Of a stretch of DNA of 64,000 nt, positions 28,201 to 64,000 are shown one piece after another. The number at the start of each line of letters is the position of its first letter. Position 1 is the first letter of the stretch. The DNA is from Bugula neritina (lineage: Eukaryota > Animalia > Bryozoa), in the NCBI GenBank assembly GCA_964035545.1, contig OZ037767.1, positions 23,638,628 to 23,702,627 on the forward strand. Reading direction: 5' to 3'. A model generated the notes under the pieces. The model did not search any database. It was not told the DNA's origin and saw nothing but the letters and a program-made list of their open reading frames with translations. The position numbers were made by a program, and so were the translations under genes.

Positions 28201-29279
28201 ATAGTATTATTGTATTATCATTATATTCTGTAATATTCTCATTAGTGACACTCTGTGATACAACATTTCAAAAATGTTAATAGGAGAATGCTTATTTGAA
28301 AAACGGAAAGGTTACTAGTAGACTTTTAGCAAATGGATGATTAGAAAATAGATCTTTGGTAAATGAATAATATTCAACATGGCCTAGTCGGCCTCAGACC
28401 GGGTCCAAAATATATAGGAACATAGACTTTTCTCAATTTATTTATTACTGCACCTACCCCCATAATGATAATAAAATTTAGCTATAGAATTGATATGCAT
28501 TATTTTATATAGGAAGTGACTCATAATATGAAGTCTTCTCTAGAACTCACCGTTTCCACAACGATCTCTTTCATTAGCTGTTCACACTGCAAGTGGTGAG
28601 GTAACATATAATCCTTCCTATAAACAAACAGAAAAATTCAAGGATCGCAGACTAGACTAGACTGGTGCAAGTAGCTCTTATTTAAATAGACTATTTTGAG
28701 TAATTTTGTTTTATAGTACTCAATAGACTTTATTAAAGAAAAGACAACTTCAAAGAATTGCTCCTAGGCATTGATATTATAGCATAATATGTATATTATT
28801 GTCTACTTTAACCAGCTAGTCTGAGAAATTAGACTAAGAAAGCAGTCTGAGAAACTAGACAGAAAAACTAACCTAAGAAATGGAGGTACTGACTCCACCA
28901 TATACTGGTCTGTGGCGTTGTAGACTGACACAAACTTCTTGAATGGCATACGAACGGTTGGATTCGTCCGGTTTTCTTTCTTCTTGCTTTCAACAAGAAC
29001 GGTGTGATTGTGAGGAATCTCCGAGAGTTTCATAAAATATTCATCAGTCCACAGTCTATAGGCAGAAGAATTCAAGATGGCTGCCTTGAACAACACGGGA
29101 ATCTGTTCAGAGACAAATGTGGTGAAAAATTCCTTTGTAGAAAGGCTTCTTTCATTCTTCACTATAGCCACGTGAATCGAAGGAGGATTTGCTGCCCCAA
29201 AAGCAATCTTAGTTTCAGCTAAAACAGTCTTCGAGATGGGAAGCATGAGACTACAAACTAAGACTATATGAATTTCCAT
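25202..29279 (-). CDS. ER-luminal JmjC (cupin-like, 2OG-Fe(II) oxygenase) protein with EF-hand and HDEL, 9 exons, 408 aa
   Basis: Exons 29279-28873, 28617-28551, 28117-28001, 27507-27359, 26978-26802, 26662-26590, 26056-25991, 25874-25773, 25270-25202 are all GT-AG and phase-consistent (1227 nt). Hydrophobic N-terminus MEIHIVLVCSLMLPISKTVLA; PVLFK..W.DEY; WYSSGGTSSVVHTD; GIKKF; LEPGDCLYIPFNWIHQVRS; IAVNIWW; EF-hand-like DVGGDGKVDAVD; ends IHDEL*. Confidence 0.92.
25346..25566 (+). mobile_element. tRNA-Thr-derived SINE with an 18-bp target-site duplication, in the last intron of the JmjC gene
   Basis: A-box tggtctagggg, tRNA-Thr(AGT)-like arm tgtctagtaaaca, B-box ggttcgagccc, T-rich tail. Flanked by tatagc(c/a)tataatgtgct at 25328-25345 and 25567-25584. 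Confidence 0.9.
27005..27325. repeat. Degenerate (ATAAT/ATAGT)n low-complexity tract
   Basis: Direct inspection, intronic. Confidence 0.7.
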
Positions 29280-30199
29280 TACACAACAGGTTTGTCTCAC
29301 GTCAAAGAAGAAAATAATACATAAAAAGACAACAGACTATATAATAAGCTATTGTTTAAGATGTAATTTGATCATGTGACTTACAACCTGAGTGATGACT
29401 AAATTATTAGCCTTGTGCATTGTGACTGAAGTGCACCTGCAAGATTAACTGTTCCTGAATTTGCAGGCCATGGCAACTTTATATTGTGTGACAGGCTATA
29501 CTCTAGAAGCTAAAAATATTAATATATAGAAAATTATGCTATGCTAAATTATGTTTTAAAAAATATAATAAGCAACTACATACAGCTGGCAACTTGGATT
29601 ATTATACTCTATTTTATGTTGAGCCAATCCACCTCAACACCTGAAAACTTTTTAGTTTACTAACACCTGGACAGTAACTAGCACATTTTCTACATAGATT
29701 TTGTAATCAGAGCGCCAATGAACTTATTGCATGAAAAGTAGATCTCATACCATTTAACACCTTAGAAGAAGTTCTGCAACTACCAAGTGCATTTAATTGT
29801 CATATTAGTAACTAAAATGTAATTGTTGTGGACAATTCAGTCAAAAACTAATCATGGAAGCCATTTGCTTAAATTATGGTTATATGATAAAAAGACCATT
29901 AGTATATTTTGTATCTTACTTGAATGATTAAAATTTGTTTTATTTGTCATGCGTGCGCATATGTTCTTTACTGCACATCTGTGATATTGACCTGACAATA
30001 TATCCTTTAGTTTCTACACTTCAGTAAATACACAACAACTCTACTATGTGCAGTTTCAAATCATGTCATGATTTCAACTAATCACAGAGTAATTTATTCA
30101 GGAAACGGGTTATGCATATTACGCAAAAGACTCTGCAAAGTTGACAACAGTATAGTGTAGGCAGTCAACAAAGCTTCACTGCCAGAGTATTAACAGAGG

Positions 30200-30277
30200 C
30201 TTATTTCAGCTTTCACGTGCTCTAGCTGACTAGTAGAACAAATAGCTGCTCAATTCAGAAGGTGGAAAAATCTAGTG
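30200..30277 (+). other. Probable 5' non-coding exon of RTK-A (5' end uncertain)
   Basis: Strong donor TG|GTAAGT at 30278 is conserved in B (60719-60714). Acceptor ttacag at 30777-78 precedes the ATG exon. Confidence 0.55.
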
Positions 30278-30340
30278 GTAAGTAGTTGTTTAAGTTGGTA
30301 CAGTAAGCAGAAGTGGGCAGACAACCAATGCTATAGCACT

Positions 30341-30350
30341 GTCACGTGAC
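30341..30350. promoter_or_regulatory. Palindromic extended E-box GTCACGTGAC (CLEAR/USF-type), conserved in RTK-B at 60656-60665
   Basis: Exact 10-bp palindrome in both paralogues, just inside the presumed first intron. Confidence 0.45.
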
Positions 30351-30819
30351 CATGCCTGTGGTTATTTGGTTTCAATTAGAAGCTAGCCTATTTAAAAGAA
30401 CAGGCACAATTGAAAAAAAAATTATTTGATGATTGCCATTAAACTAAGAAGCTTTTACTTTATGAGTTCTTGTGCTATACTGAAAGACTTTTATCATATG
30501 TTACCCATAAATAGCCAAAATTCAGCTTAAAACTATTTGCCTAAAGCTGTTCTACTTTACTAGTTTATTGAATTTTGTGGATCACAACGAGGTTATATAA
30601 TATACAGCCACTGCAGTACCAACCTGTTTCTGATTCAATGTGTAAAGTATGTATATTGTGTAACATGAATACAGTGAAAAAAACATACTTAATTAAGCAA
30701 AAATAAGTTATTGAAAGGAAGTGGGCTTTTATTGTATGGATAGAATGGATGCCCCAACTCTTAGAATGTGTCTTACAGGCATTCTGTAAAGGTGATAGAA
30801 ACGTAGCCAGAAAGTTTCT

Positions 30820-42575
<11,756 letters not shown>

Positions 42576-43619
42576 TAGTGCATTAAGTAAAAATATGATA
42601 TTAGTAATTTAAAGAATTTCGAACACATTGCATTTACATGCATTAATAAAATATTTATATATTATATTTTAGCTATCATATACAAGCTTTTTAAGGGCTG
42701 TATGCTCAAACACTTTTGTTATATAATAAATTTTGTGCTCAAATGTACTGAAATCATTTAGAATTTCAGTATGGAGTGCCAAATGGTAAAAAATCTGCTC
42801 ATTCGTTCATCGCATATGTTCACAATAAGCTTTTACATATTTACAATTTGGTCTCAATACCTCGTTAATATTAAAGATTTTAGGTCCACTATATTTTGGT
42901 CTTATACTGTTATTACTCATTTCCTTACCCTTGTTTCTTTCTTTGTTATACTCATTATTCGGTCCCACACCTCAGTTATGTATGTACTCTCATACTTAAA
43001 CTATTTCCTCTTTCATACTCATTAATCCTTCTCTTACAACTATCATCACCTCTCAAAACCTTATTACAGTATTTGCTCTAACACTCACATTATTAACTTT
43101 CCTACCTCTATTAAAACCACTAATATAAACTCCTATGCGCCTATTATTATTTCTCATGCCCCTAGTTTGATGCTGCAGTCTTTATGTACACATTACAATA
43201 TTTTTTTTTTCATTTCTTTATAATAAATGATGCATACTTATCTATAAACTTACGTTTTGTTATATTTTCTTATTATAAAATAATTCTTTTTCCATCAGCA
43301 AAAAAGTAATTATGCATTTTCACACCATATTACATCTGTATTGCATAATAATTTACAACAACTAACAATAATGAAAGCCAAAATAGAAAGTTTAAACAAC
43401 TAAGCAACTTTTTATTACCAATTTCAATGCTAAATTTTACTATGAAATAATGTGTATAAATAAACAATATATTAACTATATCAAAACTTGACTTTCGTTT
43501 GAAACAAAATCAATACAACTTCAAAACGTTAGAAATTAATGTTATCAATCACATTTATAATATTCTACTTAGAGAAATCTGTATAAAAATACTCTAGAAA
43601 GTTACTGAATTTTAGACGT

Positions 43620-44258
43620 TTAATCATGATCATCTGTTTCACTACCAGCATCACCTCCAACAATATTTATATGATGGATACCATCACTTAGATCTTCGTC
43701 TGAGTCATCATAACAGCCTCTTCCATCTTCTGAGTACCTGCATCTATCTTGTTTGTTGTCAGCTCTTGCACCATAGAAAGAAGGAGTTTTAGCTTTTGTA
43801 GTCCCATTAACATGTGTTCCTTGAAGCTTTGGCTTGGGCTTTATAGGAGGCCGCACAGCGTAGCGATTATAGTAGTTAGGTTTGCTGTTGCTCAGGACAC
43901 CACCCTGTGTTTGTGAACTATCTGGCACACTAGTACCACAGTCAGGGTGTCCAGGTGTTTCAGAGTTCACAGGATTAACAGGCTTTTGATAATGTGATTC
44001 AGGACTTGCTAGAGGGGGTGTTTCTGGAGGTTGAGGTTTCAATTGTTTCAATGTTACTCAGAGTTACCTTCTCTTTTTGATGATGCAGTACACAATTATC
44101 AGAACCACTAGCAAGATGGTGCAAAGAGGAACAGTGATGTATAATATCAGTCTCACTACAAACGAATATTGACAACAATTTTGTTTGTTACCATCATTAG
44201 GTTTGTGTCAAAACCGTTCACATTGATAGAAGTGCAATAACTTGGGAAAACTGGTGTT
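43620..44258 (-). pseudogene. Stop-disrupted terminal exon of a single-pass membrane protein with a Pro/Tyr-rich tail
   Basis: After acceptor ttttatatctag one frame of 213 codons reads NTSFPKLLHFYQCERF*HKPNDGNKQNCCQYSFVVRLILYITVPLCTILLVVLIIVYCIIKKRR*L*VTLKQLKPQPPETPP...RPPIKPKPK...DDHD*. It has three internal stops and no frameshift. Confidence 0.75.
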
Positions 44259-44794
44259 CTAGATATAAAATGTAGCTAGATAAGTTATGCTCTTTCTCAA
44301 ATTCTATTAAATCAAAATTAAGTAAGCAAATTCAATAGCTTAGGCTTATGAAATTTCTCAGTTATTGCACCTAGATAAATAAAACTATATTCTCAAACCA
44401 AGCAATGTGAACTAGAGAATGAAAACATGGTGTGAATAATGAATGAATCATGCACCACCAGTCAAAACAACAACAACATAATTACAAATAGTCAAGTAGT
44501 AACATTATTAAATATGTTTACAGGTAATTTGTTGTAAGGTCAAAAGGTCATAATAAAAGAGAGAAAGAACTTATTGAGGTTTTAAAGTCAGTATCCAAAT
44601 ATTGCAATGTCATAATACAGCACAGCAAAAGGTTGAAGTCCAAAAGGCCATTAATGCAACTTTTGACTTTTACTTTAAAAGGCATGATTATGCTGCTTAT
44701 CTGTGTTGCTAATTTATACAAGCATAAACAAAAAGTTTGATTACTTTTGTTAATTTTTTTTCTACTTTATTAATGTATTTTTTTTTTAGTTTTG

Positions 44795-44985
44795 CATATA
44801 TGTGTATATATATGTGTATACATATACACGTATGCGTACACGTATACACGTATACGTGTGCGTGTGCGTGTACGTGTGCGTGTACGTGTACGTGTACACA
44901 TACGCATATGTGTATATACATGCGTATGTGTATATGTATATGTATAATGAATGTATAATGAATGTATAATGAATGTATAATGTTG
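44795..44985. repeat. Mixed (TA/TG/CG) microsatellite plus (tgtataatgaa)n at the inner edge of the right arm
   Basis: Direct inspection. Confidence 0.9.
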
Positions 44986-45473
44986 TATTGTGATAACGGT
45001 TTGAGAGGTGATGATAGTTGTAAGAGAAGGAATAATGAGTATAAAAGAGGAAATAATTTAAGTATGAGAGTACATACATAACTGAGGTGTAGGACTGAAT
45101 AATGAGTATTAGCAGAGAAAGAAACAAGGGTAAGGAAATGAATAGTAACAGTATATAATATATATGAAGATCAAAATACACTAGATTTAAAATCTTTAAT
45201 AATGAGGTATTGAGAGCAAATTGTAAATATGTCAAAGTTTATTGTGAACATATGTGATGAAATAATGTGCACATTTTTTACCATACAGAAATTCCAAATT
45301 GATTTCAATACATTTGAGCACAAAATTTATTATAAAACGAAAGTGTTTGAGCATACAGCCCTTAAACAGCTTGTATATGATAGCTATGCTGTAAAATACA
45401 ATATATAAATGTTTTATTAATGCATATAAATGCAATGTGTCGAGGATTCTTTAAACTAAATAATATCATTGTT

Positions 45474-60193
<14,720 letters not shown>

Positions 60194-61030
60194 CACGAAA
60201 ACTTTTTGGTTATCAGGTTTCTATCACCCTTACAGAATGTCTGTAAAACACAATTTAAGAGTGTAGCCATACAATAAAAGTCCGCTTCTTTTCACTATAT
60301 TATTTTTACATAATCAAGTATATTTCTTACACTGTAAACGTGTTATACAATATACATACTTTACACATTGAATCAGAAACATATTGGTACTGGTGGCTGT
60401 ATATTATATAACTTCATTGTGATCCACAAATTTCAATAAACTGGTGAAGTAGAACAGCTTTAGGTAAACAGTTTTAACCTGATATTTTGCTGGTTATGGG
60501 TAACATACAATAGAATTCTTTCAGTATTATGGTACAAGAACTCATAAAGTAAAAGCTTTTTAGTTTAATCACAATCATCAAAAAAAAAATTTTCCAATGT
60601 GCCTTCTTTTTTATATAGACTAGCTCCTGACTGAAACCAAATAGCCACAGGCATGGTCACGTGACCGTGCTATAATCTAAAACTTTCTGCCTATTTCACT
60701 AGCATAAACAACTACTTACCACTAGATTTACCCTCTTCTGAATTGAGCAGCTTTTTGTTCTACTAGTCAGCTAGAACATGTGAAAGCTGAAATAAGCCTG
60801 TGTTAATGCTCTGGCAGTGAAGCTTTAATGACTGCCTGCACTATACTGTTGTCAACTTTGTAGAGTCTTCTGTAGTATGCGTAACCTGTTTCCTGAATAA
60901 ATTACTCTGTGATTCATTCAAATTATGATATGAATTAAAACTGTACATAGTACCGTTCTTGTGTACCTACTGAAGTGCAAAAACTGAATGATATATTTTC
61001 AGGCCAATAACACAGATGTGCAGTAAACAA

Positions 61031-61390
<360 letters not shown>

Positions 61391-62603
61391 AGATGCTATT
61401 ACGCTGCTGGTGTGTTGTCGCTGTTGCAATGAGCCTAATATTCAACTAACTAATCTAGCTACCTAGCTTGGATTGTTTTGGGGGCCTTTAATTATATTTG
61501 TTTTGTGGGGTTAGTTTAATTTGGGACCTTCAACAAGCAATTGTTGTAATACACTCTTGAGAAATTCTTATTCATAATAATTGCAATCTAACTTACTTCC
61601 TCCTGGAAAAGGAAAAGAGGTATGCTATATGTATAATATTGTTAAACTCATAGGTGTCAATTTGCATTACTATTTTGTTGAACTGCTTACTTTTTATTAG
61701 AATTATACTTTGGCTATGTGTGTATTTTATGCATCTTTTTTAATTACTTAGTAGTTTTATGGTGGTGATGGTTATTGAGGTGATGATTAAACCAATAAAA
61801 TATTACACATCAGTATAAAACTCCGATAATACTTGGTCTACCAGTTTGTTTTCATCATTGTGTACTTTTGCAATGTGGCTTTTATATATATGATTTACTT
61901 TAATAATATTTTTATTTGCATAATATATCTTACATCTATTGAATAGCAATTTTAGTTGCAAAAATATGGAAGTGGAGGCTTTAAAAACTACACTATATAG
62001 TTGCTTTACTGGTAGAGTATAAAAATTGACATATGCAACAATAAAAGGAAAAGTGAGACTTCATGAGCAATAGGTTCAAAAAGCAAGTATAGGAAAATTT
62101 CAAATAATAATTATAGTGATATAATAATTGCAAATATTATGGCATGACTGTGATATAATGCAGTGATACAACTGCAAATATGACTGCCATGCAATATAGT
62201 AACAGGGTTACAAATATGACTCATTAATTATATAGTAATATACCTACAAGTATGACTGTCCATCACATAGTAATATAATTTCAAATATAAATGATTTACA
62301 ATAAAATAATATAATTGCAAATATTCTTGGCCTATAAAGTAGTAAGCCGCCTTTTAATGTTCACAAAACTTGTATAGATAAAGTACGTAGTGGGATATAT
62401 TTATACTAGTTCCAAGAGTTGTAAAACTAATAGCACATAATATTAGACTTAAGAGTAAACAGTAAACTAATTACAGCTAGTAACAGTTTGTTTTGAATAT
62501 CTATGTTTATTATCTAGGAATATATGAAAGTGAATATGCCTTGAATGATGCATGTATAAGGATGTAAATTGAGGTAGAGGCAACAATGCACTGAAATACA
62601 ATT

Positions 62604-64000
62604 TCAACTCATCACCGATGTAGAAGATATAGCAGGTAAAAATACAGCATTTGTAGAATTGGCTTTCATCTGTGCAATATAAAGGAGCGGCTGTGGTCTA
62701 GGGGTCAGAGCATTTGCCTAGTAAGCACAGAGTCATGGGTTTGAGCCTTACAAAGGCCATCGGTGATGTTAGAAGGAGCATCCGGTTATAATTGCTGCTG
62801 GGCCACATCCAAATAAGTCCTCTTCATCAGGGGTTTTCTCACAGGGATGGTGACTATAAACTTGCATGAGTTTTTTTGTGCAATATTAACCTGTGGGAAA
62901 GAGAAAGAGAGTGGTTAAGTATATCTTGTGGCAAGACTTTTGTGAGTTAGAGTCAGAAATCTTAATAAAATGAGACCTGACGGCGTCATGTTATGAACAC
63001 AATTTGTTGTTGGTTTTCTATAATGACATGACCAACAACAAAAGCTTGAGATATATGTGTAGAGTCGAAGTCTTTTTCTAGTATAGTGCCAAGTCTATTA
63101 GATAATTGTAACGTAAAAAGTCTGCTGCTTGAAAAATAAAGCAATTAGACTCTGAAGCCAAAAGGCAAACTAAAGTTATAAACTCAAGCTAAAAAGTAAT
63201 TTACGCCTGTGCAACTAAGAGATGTGTTTTATACAAGTGCTATATAAAGTTGCAATATGTCTCAATATTTAGCATGTTAAACAGGAAATCAGCAATGTGA
63301 CCCGTTTTTCTTTAGTTCTGACAGCCCACAGTTCACAAAAAAATGCATAACTCAGCAGAGTTATATTTGTAACATTTATTGGGAACGTTGCAACAACTCT
63401 AACAGTTTTGAGCAATATGAGCCAGTCTTATTTCATTTTCAAACCACATGTAAATTTAAATTATTTTATTATATGCCAATTTTTATTGACATGATTGATG
63501 GAAGTTTCCTTGTTTTGGATGCATGTCAATATTAAGTCGTTTAATTAAAGCAGTAGTTTTTAAAAGCATAGCAAAAATAAATTTTTTATGGTTTTATTAA
63601 TGTAACAGCGTAGGAGTCGTGTGTCCAGTTTAAAAGTAAAGGGTTTAAATGAAGAAATACTTGCTTTACTCATCTGTAATAGCTATACAGTAATAAACTT
63701 CAACTAAATTGAGGCCAAAACTTAGTCTACATAGAATACATGTAAAGAATTGTTATGCAGTACATACACACTGCATTCCCTTACGAGTCAGTTCCATGTA
63801 TGGGAATGCAGTGATTGAAACTGTAAAATGAATTTTGTTTTCATTAGCTGAGCTAGGCTGCAATATTTATTCATTACAAAAAAACTCTTTCTTTTTTTTT
63901 GCCTAATTTGGTCTAGTAGTCGATAGTCTCTTTTTTAGTTTGTTATAACTATCAGTCCTATTTTGTATTAAATTATGATGAAAGAATATATAAAACAAAC
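62604..64000 (-). pseudogene. RTK paralogue D: pre-TM exon and upstream intron, truncated before the TM; gene body continues beyond the right edge
   Basis: Acceptor at 62892-91, then (V)YIAQMKANSTNAVFLPAISSTSVMS* versus RTK-B VYIAQLKLNPTNAVFLPAISSTTVAP. Intron 62890-64000 is homologous to 49220-50860. Confidence 0.8.
62684..62876 (+). mobile_element. tRNA-Thr-derived SINE inserted in the paralogue-D exon
   Basis: ggagcggctgtggtctagggg...gggtttgagcc...ttttttt with TSD tgtgcaatat(a/t)aa at 62671-62683 and 62877-62889. Confidence 0.9.

Noticed and set aside
43620-44051. Reading this ORF as the C-terminal tail exon of RTK-B, or the stops as readthrough/selenocysteine
   Set aside because: No good acceptor lies directly before 44051. 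The frame extends upstream into its own TM, and one stop is TAA, which favours simple pseudogenisation.

Overview
AT-rich, intron-rich genomic DNA from an invertebrate animal; the species cannot be fixed from the sequence. The main content is a birth-and-death cluster of a MET/RON-type receptor tyrosine kinase whose ectodomain is unusual. Two complete 18-coding-exon paralogues, RTK-A (+, 30820-42575, 1490 aa) and RTK-B (-, 60193-45474, 1496 aa), face each other tail-to-tail as a roughly 13/16 kb inverted duplication. Their architecture is signal peptide, two NHL-like beta-propellers, a Sushi/CCP module, three IPT/TIG domains, TM and a MET-like kinase, so the Sema-PSI head of MET appears to be replaced. 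Degenerate or partial copies lie at 0.5-16 kb (scrambled, tandemly duplicated and fused to Penelope-like retroelement fragments), at 18-23 kb and at 62.6-64 kb (stops before the TM and carries a SINE). A 9-exon gene for an ER-luminal JmjC oxygenase (signal peptide, HxD...H, EF-hand, C-terminal HDEL) lies head-to-head with RTK-A. The spacer of the inverted repeat holds a stop-disrupted exon of an unrelated type-I membrane protein. Also present are a tRNA-Thr-derived SINE family, nested MITEs, a 29-bp minisatellite and microsatellites. Exon models were built by hand from GT-AG sites, reading phase and A/B conservation; there is no transcript evidence.
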